Shown here piece after piece: positions 20,260-29,704 of a stretch of DNA of 31,582 bases. Under the pieces are notes generated by a model, which worked only from the letters and a program-made list of their open reading frames with translations, ran no database searches and was not told where the DNA came from. The stretch covers positions 1 to 31,582 of the forward strand of contig JAFVUY010000119.1 of NCBI GenBank assembly GCA_017502465.1, in the 5' to 3' direction. Each line of letters starts with the position of its first letter. Positions within the stretch are counted from its first letter, which is position 1. This stretch comes from Bacilli bacterium. Its GTDB lineage: Bacteria; Bacillota_I; Bacilli_A; RFN20; CAG-826. The translations under genes were made by a program, and so were the position numbers.

Positions 20260-20838
20260 TCAATATATTCCAAATTCTTCATAAAAATTATAATCTTCTA
20301 CAAGTATAATTGGTTCTTCATCCCAGTCCATTGTCCATGGGTCATAAGAATTAGTCTTAATAGACTTTATTTCTTCTATATAAATGTCTTCAATCTCACT
20401 ATTTGATTCAAAAATTTCCAAATCACTTTTTTGTTTTGCCGTGTCCGCCCCAGTGAAGCCTGCTAATGCCTCAGATAATTTTCTCATGGATTCTGAAAAC
20501 TCACTTACACTTACTCCAAGAGAAAGAAAATCTCTTGTATGGTGAATAGCATTATCTATATCTGGCTCTTTATCAAATAAATAATTTGTTTGACATTCTA
20601 TTTCATCAGTGCGGCATTGAAGAGCAGCAACTTCTGTATATAATTCATTTGTTAAAGCAGGAATTTTATTTTCTATCTATTTCACTCTTACATCTAATTC
20701 CTCTATTTTTGTTTTTAGAAATTTTAGATTTTCTGAAATAGCCTTAAACTCTGCTGTAATATTTTTATCAGAAATAATAATCAACTCTTTTCGCAATTTC
20801 ATAATCTTCAATTTGAATTTGAGGACTTGTAAATCCAT
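20260..20838 (-). CDS. coiled-coil hypothetical protein (about 192 codons, 1 in-frame TAG); start uncertain
   Basis: ORFs 20677..20865 and 20260..20487 share a frame and are joined across TAG (20679-20677). The first ATG is at 20838, and the ORF-track M at 20865 is a TTG. It overlaps the RecJ-like C-terminal extension. Confidence 0.4.
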
Positions 20839-22501
20839 TAAAACTATTTTTCTAAAAAGTTCCAATAATATCTAAAACTAACATTCCATTATCTGGCGGA
20901 GTTAATTCTTCAATTTCATCCTCTTTCATAAAGAATTTTATGAAACTTATTCTATCTTGCGGGAGATCAATTCGCATAGTCTTTCCTCCTGCTCCAATGA
21001 ATCGGAGGCTAGATTTATCAAGTTTGACTCCTCTAATTGCGATGAGAGGTTCGTCAATGTTTTGTCCCCATAACTCTCGCCAATTTGCTAACTCATAAAT
21101 AAGATTTCCTGTAAGTTCACTTGCATCTAAGATGAAGTCTACTCTATATAAGCGTTCAAAAGATACTTCACTAAGTAATAAGTTAATTGTACTAACAAAA
21201 TTGGAAAAATCTTTATCAAGAACTCCTACGCCAAAAGCACCTTGATGTCCCTCCGCATACATAGTTAAATTTGTATCTGCGAGAAAATCTTTTAAATTAG
21301 GAAAATTATAACTGCGGCCAGAACCTTCCCAACTCTTAACTCCATCTCTAATCATTTCTTGTAAGATTAAAGTAGGTCTTTGATATTTCGCAGCCAACTG
21401 GTTCGCAATCAAACCAGATAGATTTTTATCAACCAATCCATTGGGAATGGGAATAATTAAAATCTTATTTTCAAGAAGATTATATTCTTCAATAATTTTA
21501 TCAATCGTTTCAAGACCTTCGTCTTGAATTCTTTTTTGTCTATTCTTTACATTTGTACTGGTGCGACCGGCCTGTTCCGCACGGGTTTCAAACTGACCTT
21601 TACATCCTCTCTTGGTAGAAGGAATCATTTCATATGCTCTAAAATCAAGCATACTTTCAAAAATCAATATCTTTTCATCATAGGAGCCAGAACGGTTAAT
21701 CGCATTAATAAAAGGTGCTACATAGAAAGCAACAGCAACAGGAGTAACTCCTCCTTCAAATTGTCTAGCATTTCTATCAACCATTTCTTTGAAAAATGGA
21801 TTTCTAATATTTAAAAGTCCTTTTTGAATTAATGCCTGTGTTTCAAAATCTCTGGAATCCATCATATCAGCAATCATCCCAAGAGAAACTAAATCTAAGA
21901 AATTGTCTGCTTCATCAATTCCCAGTAGTTCATCAATATAGCAACAGAATTTATATGCCATACCTACACCAGATAAAGATTTAGTAGGATAATCACAAAG
22001 TTGATTATTGATTACGCACGCATTTTCTGAAACCCTGGGAGCCTCATGATGGTCAATAACAAGAACATCAATGCCGGCGTCTGCAAGATTTTTGTGAATA
22101 TCAAATTCATTAGAACTAGAATCAATAGCAATTATTAATTTAGTTCCTTTTGGAATACGGTCTTCAACAATACCATGATGTTTATCTAACTAAGCCTTAT
22201 AAATAATATTGTTCTGAGCAAAATGCGGAAACAATCTATTTAAATAGTTAATAAATAACGCTGCCGAAGTAAAACCATCACAGTCACTATCTATTGGCAT
22301 ATAAACTAAACTATTTTCATTTATATGTCTTAATAGCATTTTTACACCTGTTTCAATATTAGCAACTCTACTAGGAGCAATAATATCAGCATCACTAAGA
22401 TTTAAAAAATGCTAAATATTTTCCCTTTTGATTCCTCTATTTAAAAGAACCTATTCAATCATTGTAGGTTCTGTTTGTTTTGAAATCAATTCATATCTCA
22501 T
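20768..22501 (-). CDS. DHH-family phosphoesterase, RecJ-like ssDNA exonuclease; about 577 codons, 4 in-frame TAG
   Basis: ORF 20852..21961 extends upstream through 3 TAGs (22453, 22414, about 22190). That adds DHH motif I (IDSDCDGFTSAAL) and motif III (LVIDHHEA) plus an RGI-type N-terminus (VLLNRGIKRENI). The DHHA1-like domain (GHQGAFGV, NRSGS) lies in the reported ORF. The reported 'stop' at 20854-20852 is TAG, and the frame continues 28 codons to TGA at 20770-20768. Start is ATG 22501 or 22462. Confidence 0.65.
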
Positions 22502-22817
22502 TCATACTTTCCCCAATAAAAAATCTATATGCTGAAAAAGGTCCAACGCACATGCAACGCATAATTACACTATCAATAAAATCAAAAGGAATACCGTGTT
22601 GAATATAAGATATATTGCATCTTTCTCCTCTGGCTGATTCATGGGCAAGTCTTACTTTCCAAATATCTCCATTGTCAAAGAAAACCATAGGAGACATACT
22701 ATACCAGCACTCTTTTTCAACATTAACACCCCAGTATTTATATGATTCAATCATCCGTCGCAATTGAGCCTTTCCATCTTCGGTTTTCAAACACCAAATT
22801 ACGCCTTTAATTTTCAT
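22491..22817 (-). CDS. hypothetical protein (108 aa)
   Basis: Intact ORF, TGA stop, no TAG. Confidence 0.45.
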   Translation of the reverse strand: MKIKGVIWCLKTEDGKAQLRRMIESYKYWGVNVEKECWYSMSPMVFFDNGDIWKVRLAHESARGERCNISYIQHGIPFDFIDSVIMRCMCVGPFSAYRFFIGESMNEI

Positions 22818-22849
22818 AAATATACTCTTTCTTTAAATAATTTTAATTT

Positions 22850-23587
22850 TTATAATACTATATAATTAGAAGTATTAAGCATGAGGTCAGAAATACATAA
22901 AGTATTTAACTTTGTATATGGTATTCTAATAATTGGTATGTTATGTTTTTTGCACCAACTATTTTTATATTCATCATGTTGTTGTGTTATTAGAAAATTT
23001 TCTTTAGTATTCCATGTGTGAGGATTACTTTTATAATAATAATGTTGCTCGCCATCATATTCAATAATATAAGAATTATTTACATAAAAATCAAATTTAG
23101 CATAATAATTACTATCCTAAAATTTACAATTATCAAAAATTTTTTGTTCTTCAAATGGAATATTCTCAGATTCTAATAAACTTTTGATAAGAACTTCGCC
23201 TTTAGATTTCATGCAACCACAAGAAGATACTTTTCCTTGCTAAAGGTCATGAGTATTAACTTCACACCAGTTTCCACAATCACATAAGCACTTCCAAATT
23301 ACTCTACCGTCATTGCTGCGTTTATTTGTTTTTTCTTTTGCTATTAATTTACCAAACCTCTAATCAATAAGATTTAAAGTCTAACGAGCAATATTATTTT
23401 CTATTAATATAGATTTTTTATAACATCCACAACTTTTAGTTTTTCCATTTTTTAATCCATCACTGCGAATTAATTTTTCTACTCCACACTAACATCTGCA
23501 ATTCCAATAAATTTTATTATTTTTTTTAATCGGGCCATCAATCACTGTAAAATAATTAAAAACTTGACCTATTAAATTTTCAGCCAT
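22850..23587 (-). CDS. homing-endonuclease-like protein: two Zn-finger modules (WxCxCxCG...SCGC) plus PD-(D/E)XK/Vsr-like nuclease domain; 245 codons, 5 in-frame TAG
   Basis: Minus-strand frame from ATG 23587 (RBS GAAAGGAAAGGTGAT) to TAA 22852-22850. Repeats: FNYFTVIDGP..IYWNCRC-TAG-CGVEKLIRSDGLKNGKTKSCGC and RFGKLIAKE..VIWKCLCDCGNWCEV..GKVSSCGC. The C-terminus has DFYV...IIEYDGEQHY. The ORF finder missed it entirely. Confidence 0.55.
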
Positions 23588-23664
23588 TTTATCACCTTTC
23601 CTTTCAATAATATTGAAAATTAAGAATAAATAATTATAATACTTTAACCATAATCAATTGGCAC

Positions 23665-24759
23665 TTATAAAATAGTTCTTTCTTTAAATAATTGAAGAAA
23701 TTTTTCAGGACCTTCATCAATTGGACTTGATTTATACCCTGTAATCATATTTTTATCAAATATAAAACTTATTGTAGCAAAGTTTTTATATTTGTCATTT
23801 ATCTTTCTAAGATTTTTTGTTAGATGATGCCATTCTTCATCTTGGGGTTCTTGAAACTGACGGTCAAACGCAATAATTATTTCTTCAACACCTAAATCCA
23901 AAAGTTGTTGAACTTGATAATTTGATAAACTACTACCGCAGCAAGCAACTGAAATATCAAAATTAAAATAAGATTGATATAATAGACAAGATTTTTCAGA
24001 TTCAAAAACAATTGCTTTTTTCATAATCTTAATATATTCTTTGCTATTATTCAAATTGTATAAATTCATACCAAGAGGATGATTATACATTTGACCCATT
24101 ATATAAAGAGGTCTGTATTTACCAAATCTTTCGGCCTCTTCTTTACCAAGTGTGCGGCCACGCACACCCACCAATCGGCCATCGGGGTCAAAATGTGGAA
24201 TTGTGATTTGGTCGCCTCCTGGATAGAAACCAATTTTATTATAATCAATAACGTCTTGCGAGATGCCTTCATTTAACCAAGGTCTTATATTTACTAAATA
24301 ATTAAATCTATCAAGAATAGTTTTATCATATTCTTTTAATTCAATTTTATTGGTTTTTAATTCAATATTTTGAACTCTATCATAATTATTTAAGAACTTC
24401 CAATCATCTAACTGGTCTTCCGCTTCATCTTTATATGAAGCGGAAATACCAAATTTAAAAGCAATATAACGAACTGCGTCATTTAAGTCAAATACTTTTT
24501 TCTTTTGAATATCAAATACTTTAATTAACAGTTCAAAAATATCAAAGGTTGAATCACAACCAGTATAGCATTTAAATAAACCTGTATTTTCGTAATAATA
24601 TAACTTTCTACTTCCTTCCCCCGGCTCATTATGGCAGATGGTAGTTGAGATAATGCCGAAACTAGTAAACTCTGGTTCACCACCCCACTCTTGAAGCAGT
24701 TCAAATATATCTTCTATTGTTAAACTATTACGAATTTCAAGTTTATCAAATACTACCAT
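23665..24759 (-). CDS. dnaG: DNA primase (DnaG-like: CHC2 zinc finger + TOPRIM)
   Basis: CHNEPGEGSRKLYYYENTGLFKCYTGC zinc finger. TOPRIM residues IVFESEKSC and IIIAFDRQ. 364 aa, no TAG. Confidence 0.8.
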   Translation of the reverse strand: MVVFDKLEIRNSLTIEDIFELLQEWGGEPEFTSFGIISTTICHNEPGEGSRKLYYYENTGLFKCYTGCDSTFDIFELLIKVFDIQKKKVFDLNDAVRYIAFKFGISASYKDEAEDQLDDWKFLNNYDRVQNIELKTNKIELKEYDKTILDRFNYLVNIRPWLNEGISQDVIDYNKIGFYPGGDQITIPHFDPDGRLVGVRGRTLGKEEAERFGKYRPLYIMGQMYNHPLGMNLYNLNNSKEYIKIMKKAIVFESEKSCLLYQSYFNFDISVACCGSSLSNYQVQQLLDLGVEEIIIAFDRQFQEPQDEEWHHLTKNLRKINDKYKNFATISFIFDKNMITGYKSSPIDEGPEKFLQLFKERTIL

Positions 24760-24997
24760 CGCTCTGTGTCACCTTTACACAATATTCCTTCAATCCAAAG
24801 TTTTCATTTACTACTTTACATAGAAAATCATTAGGACGCATTTTTGCGTCTTCGCCTTTGCGGTTCTTCAACAGTTGCTGTGCCATCGCACGAGGCATCT
24901 TGTATTCACAATAACCTGCCTTGTTTGTGCTACTATTCAAAATCTTCTTCAACTCTGCAGGATTTACTTCTATTACATTATTAATATTCTTTGCCAT
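24746..24997 (-). CDS. hypothetical small protein (83 aa) between dnaB and dnaG
   Basis: A strong RBS AAAAGGAGATTAAAAAG precedes ATG at 24997 (MAKNINN...). The ORF-track start at 25072 lacks an RBS and overlaps the dnaB stop. Ends TGA, 14 nt into dnaG. Confidence 0.45.
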   Translation of the reverse strand: MAKNINNVIEVNPAELKKILNSSTNKAGYCEYKMPRAMAQQLLKNRKGEDAKMRPNDFLCKVVNENFGLKEYCVKVTQSDGSI

Positions 24998-25071
24998 CTT
25001 TTTAATCTCCTTTTTTATTTCAATGCTACAAGCATCTTCATATAAGTTTAACTTACTGCGAGAACCTCTCA

Positions 25072-26601
25072 TTAGAAAGCACCCTCTTCTTCTGTGATAA
25101 TTTTCATATCATCAATACTTAAAATTTCATAATCATATGTCGTAGCAAACATAGGCTTAATTCTACAACAACCTAAATCTGCTTTACACCACAAATAAAT
25201 TCCTTTATATCTTCCTCGTCTATTTTTATAAACAGACATCTTGATATTAGGTTTGTCAAAAGCATTAGTTGCTAAAATATTTTCTAATGCTTGAATATCA
25301 TTATCTTTTACACCTAACAAAATTGCCCCATAGTCAATCTTATCGGCGATTGCTTTCGCACCACGAAGTAAATTTTGGTCTGGTGTATCCGCATCTGTAT
25401 AGTTACCATTTAACTGAGTTGCTGACATAATAAAAATACCATATTTATTACATAAATCTTTCAATCTAATTGACAACATAAATAGAATTGTATCTTCACG
25501 AAGTTTTACACCACCGCTCTTGCGAGTAATTTCTTCTAGAATTTTCAAACTTGTATGGATATAGTCGTGAAATACATATTTAATATCATAATCACGAATA
25601 TTTTTTCTAATTTTATCTTCAACGTCTTGAAGTGAGAAGTCTGGTAGTTCTTCAATATAAATTGGACTTTCCGCAAGGATACGGGCTGCTTCCAGAACAC
25701 GTTCTCTTTCATCGCCTTCATATTTACCATTCAAGATATGTTCTTCATTTACATTAGATAAGAAAGCCAACATCATAGTTTGAACTTCGCCAAGTTCTTG
25801 TTCTGTTGTAATATATAATGTTGGTTCTGCTGTACCATTTTTAATCCAGCCGAACATTTCATCATAAATACGATTACAACCAATATAACAAGCATCCGCA
25901 ATCATTGAACGAGTCTTGCCGATACCAGTAGCGGCCGAACGCAAATAAAACTTCTTTAATCTTGCTCCTCGCGTAACTGTATTAATGAGCGGGCCATATA
26001 GAGGAACACCAACTTCTGGATGCTTTTCCAAATCCGCAATCAGTTCAAAAATACCCTCGCCAGCCTGCGATGCTTCTCCAAAAGAACCGTTTACATACTG
26101 ACTACGAATGTCTTCCATCTTGCCATCAATGCGGTCTGCTATTTGCTCCAATGTTGTGTTATCAAGATAATCTTCCTGCATTTGTTTCTTTTTAACATCC
26201 AGAATATTATCTGGGTCATAGATGAAAGAAACATCCAGTCCAAAATTATCATATGCTCTTAATAGAGTCATCTTTTTTAATCGGTTATAATAATAATCAA
26301 AGGAAGAAGAATTCGCAGTTTCAGCAATTTTCATCAACCACTCTTCACCCTTTTGTTTTACAAAAATTTCTTTACTTTTGGGTCTTGAATCCAAAAAGTC
26401 TAATACATTATTAACTGAAATTTTCTCAGCACCTAATTCGTGTAGTTTATAAATTGCTCCAAAAGCAATCTTATGGAATTTATCTGGAAAATCTTCATCT
26501 GTAATAATATACTTATCAGTATAGTCCAAAAGTTGTGGAGTATTGAATACACATCCAATTACTTGCATTATACTTGTAGTATCAACAAATTTACTGCTCA
26601 T
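25072..26601 (-). CDS. dnaB: replicative DNA helicase (DnaB-like)
   Basis: N-terminal DnaB domain. RecA-like C-terminal domain with Walker A SAATGIGKT. 509 aa, no TAG. Confidence 0.85.
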   Translation of the reverse strand: MSSKFVDTTSIMQVIGCVFNTPQLLDYTDKYIITDEDFPDKFHKIAFGAIYKLHELGAEKISVNNVLDFLDSRPKSKEIFVKQKGEEWLMKIAETANSSSFDYYYNRLKKMTLLRAYDNFGLDVSFIYDPDNILDVKKKQMQEDYLDNTTLEQIADRIDGKMEDIRSQYVNGSFGEASQAGEGIFELIADLEKHPEVGVPLYGPLINTVTRGARLKKFYLRSAATGIGKTRSMIADACYIGCNRIYDEMFGWIKNGTAEPTLYITTEQELGEVQTMMLAFLSNVNEEHILNGKYEGDERERVLEAARILAESPIYIEELPDFSLQDVEDKIRKNIRDYDIKYVFHDYIHTSLKILEEITRKSGGVKLREDTILFMLSIRLKDLCNKYGIFIMSATQLNGNYTDADTPDQNLLRGAKAIADKIDYGAILLGVKDNDIQALENILATNAFDKPNIKMSVYKNRRGRYKGIYLWCKADLGCCRIKPMFATTYDYEILSIDDMKIITEEEGAF

Positions 26602-27157
26602 TCATTTCTTCCTCTTCATCTAAAAAAGAAAATAAATTTCTTTTCTTCACTTTTCTTTGCGGAACTGGGATATGAACCTCCCATTCCTTTGGGATATATT
26701 TATTTATATCCTTTGATTCATTCTTTTGTTGTGCCAACCATAACGCATAATAATAATTATACGCATCTTGATAAATATATGGAACAATACCAATTCCAGT
26801 ATACCTTGTATCAAGGGGTTTCTTCTTTATTTCATAATAATAAACTAATGCTTTATGAATACCAGAATATGTATAGTTATAATCATTTATAAATTGATTA
26901 ATTTGTTTTTTAATACGAGGACTTACAAAATCTGTTTTATAAAGTTCCATTATATAAATATCAAGTTTTTCAGCATCAGTCTTTTCTCTTTTATCTTCCA
27001 ATTCAGCACAATGTTTGTGCGAATATTTTTCTCCAATTTTAACAAATTCAGTTTCTTTTTTGTTGAAACTTTTTTTACAATATCTACAAACGACAATATC
27101 ATTTGGGTCTGTAATTTCCAATTCTGGCACATTCGCACCATTAGCCTTCTCTCGCAA
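26591..27157 (-). CDS. zinc-ribbon-containing hypothetical protein (C-x2-C...H-x2-C), TTG start as annotated; a degenerate upstream repeat may indicate a longer product
   Basis: VVCRYCKKSF...YSHKHC motif. A near-identical zinc-knuckle (VKCIYCNTNF...YAHADC) lies in frame upstream (27160-27255), but has no ATG/GTG/TTG start between it and an in-frame TGA. Confidence 0.4.
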   Translation of the reverse strand: MREKANGANVPELEITDPNDIVVCRYCKKSFNKKETEFVKIGEKYSHKHCAELEDKREKTDAEKLDIYIMELYKTDFVSPRIKKQINQFINDYNYTYSGIHKALVYYYEIKKKPLDTRYTGIGIVPYIYQDAYNYYYALWLAQQKNESKDINKYIPKEWEVHIPVPQRKVKKRNLFSFLDEEEEMNEQ

Positions 27158-27269
27158 ATAACAATCTGCGTGAGCATATCTTCTACTTTTAGGAGAAACG
27201 TGAGCAACCTTATCTCGGTCAAAATTTGTATTACAATAAATACATTTTACATTATGTGCTATTGAAAAT

Positions 27270-27317
27270 CACATCCTTTCATATAAATATTATACCATAT
27301 TTTTTTATAAAAATCAA
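27270..27317 (-). promoter_or_regulatory. sigma-A-like promoter (minus strand TTGATT-17-TATAAT, extended TGgTATAAT)
   Basis: Reverse complement reads TTGATTtttataaaaaaatATGGTATAATatttatat. It is nearly identical to the element at 29676-29704 and sits just downstream of the Sak4 terminator. Confidence 0.5.
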
Positions 27318-27348
27318 CCCCAAGCATTTTCTGCTTGGGGTCTTTTTA
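27318..27348. terminator. rho-independent terminator hairpin (ccccaagc / gcttgggg) after the Sak4-like gene
   Basis: An 8-bp G/C-rich inverted repeat with a 7-nt loop, flanked by T-runs on both sides. Confidence 0.55.
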
Positions 27349-28323
27349 TTACATCAAATCTTCTTTGATTTCGTTAAGAATTAGATAAATGAATTCAGCC
27401 TGGTCGGGAGTTGCGTCCGCAACCTTTCTGCCCTTACCTAAATATCTTTCTACGACTGCTGTAATCTTAGGAGCATTGCTCTGATTCTTGGTCATAATTA
27501 CTCCAACGATTTCGTTGAATTCTGCCCTCAAAGCATCGTAATCATAAGTCTTTGCGATAGGAGCAATTGTTCTTTCATCGGTTACATACTGACCATTATG
27601 TTCATCTGCTTCCTTATCAATCGCACCCTGAATAGCATTTACCAGATTTTGATAACTCATAGTAATTTCATTAGGAATATACTTGAATCGGCAGCCGCAC
27701 TCAATAGAGCCATCGGGAGAACGCAAAGTCAGCACAGACATTTCATTCTTACGCTTCTGGTGAGCATAACCATAAATGTCAGCCATACCAGCGATTACTT
27801 CTCTTGTGCTATTGGACAGAGAAGGACGAACGATAGTCTTTACTTCATTAGTTGCGGGGTCGGTAGATTGGGTTTCCTTGTGGTGACCGATAAAGAACAC
27901 CGCATAACCCAATTGAGTCAATCCACGGAAAATTTCGTTGAATTCTTCCTTGAACTTGGTCCAACCCTTGCCATAACCTAGGTCGCCCAGGTCTTCAATG
28001 CCATTTTGCTGGCAAATATATTTCTTACAGCGGTCCGCAGCCACGTCAATAGTATCAACAATAACTGCCTTATAAACTTCCTGTACTTCTGGTCTTTTCA
28101 GTTCACGGAATACCTGCTTCATTTCACCCCAAGAGGTAATATCCTACGCCATTACACCAGGCAGTGCGTTATAACCTGCTTCAAATGCCAGAAGCAAACA
28201 ACCATCCATTTGGGTCGCCAAGGTGGTTTTTCCGGTCTTGGGTGCCCCATAGATGTAGGTGATGTAGCCACTAAGGTCGCGAGAGACCTTATGAGGCTAA
28301 ATATTTAATAGATTAATTGCCAT
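27349..28323 (-). CDS. Sak4-like AAA_24 ATPase (phage recombination/annealing-associated RecA-like ATPase); 324 codons, 2 in-frame TAG
   Basis: ORF 27349..28122 extends upstream through TAGs at 28146 and 28299 to ATG 28323 (RBS AAAGGAGAATAATA). The extension contains the Walker A YIYGAPKTGKTTLA, and Walker B is VIVDTID. Confidence 0.65.
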
Positions 28324-28341
28324 TATTATTATTCTCCTTTA

Positions 28342-29277
28342 TTAGAAGTTAAATGCACCATTTGCGGGAGCAGGAGCAGGATTAATAGCATTGCCCTTAG
28401 AAGCCTTGTATTCATCCTGACGAGCCTTCATATCAGCCAGAGCAACTTCACGTTCTGCCATAAACTTAGTCATTTCAGTAGCGGTGATAGTGCTTTCATC
28501 ATCCCACAGATAGGGTTCCTTCAATGCCCAGGTGATAACGAAATCCTTCTGGGTATTTCTTACTTCACGAATTTCAGTGCCAAATGCACCTTCTTCTTCA
28601 ACTTTGCGAATAATAACCTTAGAAATCTGACGACCCTTTACTCTGGTAAAGACAGGATTCTTGGGGGATGCTTCCAGTCCTTCAAAGTAATTCATAGCAT
28701 TGGGATTTACAACAGATAATTCAACGGGCAGTAGACTATTTCTAAAATCAAAAATAGCACCCTTTACAATTACTTTTTCATCAATGTTTCTTTCTTCGTC
28801 AGCATCAATACGACGAACATTGGTGATGACAATATCACATTCAAAAGTGTTACGATTGTTTTCATCTTCGTCCAGACTTGTTGCTACGTGAACAAAGCCG
28901 CCTTCATTACGCTTTACGCTTACCAGTTCTTCTTTACCAGAACGGTCAGAATAGAATTCGTTCAAACCAATGGCAGAATCACAACGAACCATACTTGCTT
29001 TATCAGCGCCATCCTTCATTACACAAGGAATTACACCATTGATAATATTCATCAAAGTACCAAAGGTAGCATTTTCCTTACCTGCCGCAGTAGTAGCAGT
29101 TATATAAGTGAAATGAACAGGTACAATATTCAGAAGAGCATCATCAGTAGCAATTTCAATATTACCAGAAATGAACTTAGTACCAGGATTCTTGGACTTA
29201 GGACCAGACTCCTTCAATTCAAGTGTGTGCTAATACAGTAGGCCCTCAATATGAGTCTTATTTACAACTTTACGCAT
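28342..29277 (-). CDS. hypothetical protein adjacent to Sak4 (possible ssDNA-binding/recombination partner); 311 codons, 1 in-frame TAG
   Basis: ORF 28342..29217 extends through TAG (29232-29230) to ATG 29277 (RBS AGAAGGAG, in a TAATG overlap with the upstream gene). The C-terminal tail ...NPAPAPANGAFNF is reminiscent of SSB-type tails. No motif firmly recognised. Confidence 0.45.
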
Positions 29278-29642
29278 TATTCATTTACTCCTTCTTCAAT
29301 AATAAAATTCTTTCCTTTTTCAGTCAATGTATATACAACAGGGTCTTGACCTACTTTATCACAGAAACCATCTGTGACCAACTTGCGGAGACTGCCGGAG
29401 ACACCGCGAGAAGAAATAAACAATCCTTCTGCAATATCCTTGGCTTTAAGAGCAGGGATTCCGCACTCCTGCATATATTTCAAAATCTTTCTACCACCAT
29501 CGGTCAGAACAGGCTTATCTTTTACCTTATCATCACGCAGGATAGTCAGATAAGTTTTGACATTTTCAGTCATATACTTTTCAACGATTTCGGGGTTTGC
29601 TTCCATTAGAGCATCTAAAAACTTCAAAAATTCTTCTTTCAT
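29277..29642 (-). CDS. winged-helix DNA-binding protein (putative transcriptional regulator)
   Basis: KDIAEGLFISSRGVSGSLRKLVTDGFCDKVGQDPVVYTLTEKG matches a helix-turn-helix plus wing. First gene downstream of the promoter at 29676-29704. Confidence 0.5.
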   Translation of the reverse strand: MKEEFLKFLDALMEANPEIVEKYMTENVKTYLTILRDDKVKDKPVLTDGGRKILKYMQECGIPALKAKDIAEGLFISSRGVSGSLRKLVTDGFCDKVGQDPVVYTLTEKGKNFIIEEGVNE

Positions 29643-29675
29643 CAGAAAATCCTCTTTCTTATATCTTATATAAAT

Positions 29676-29704
29676 ATTATACCATAATTTTTTAATAAAA
29701 TCAA
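29676..29704 (-). promoter_or_regulatory. sigma-A-like promoter (minus strand TTGATT-17-TATAAT with TG extension)
   Basis: Reverse complement reads TTGATTttattaaaaaattATGGTATAATatttatat. The -35 is at 29699-29704, the -10 at 29676-29681, with an exact 17-nt spacer. Confidence 0.55.

Noticed and set aside
23588-23664. Promoter TTGATT...TATAAT upstream of the Zn-finger endonuclease gene
   Set aside because: The hexamers are present, but the spacer is only about 13 nt. Noted as weak and not listed as a feature.
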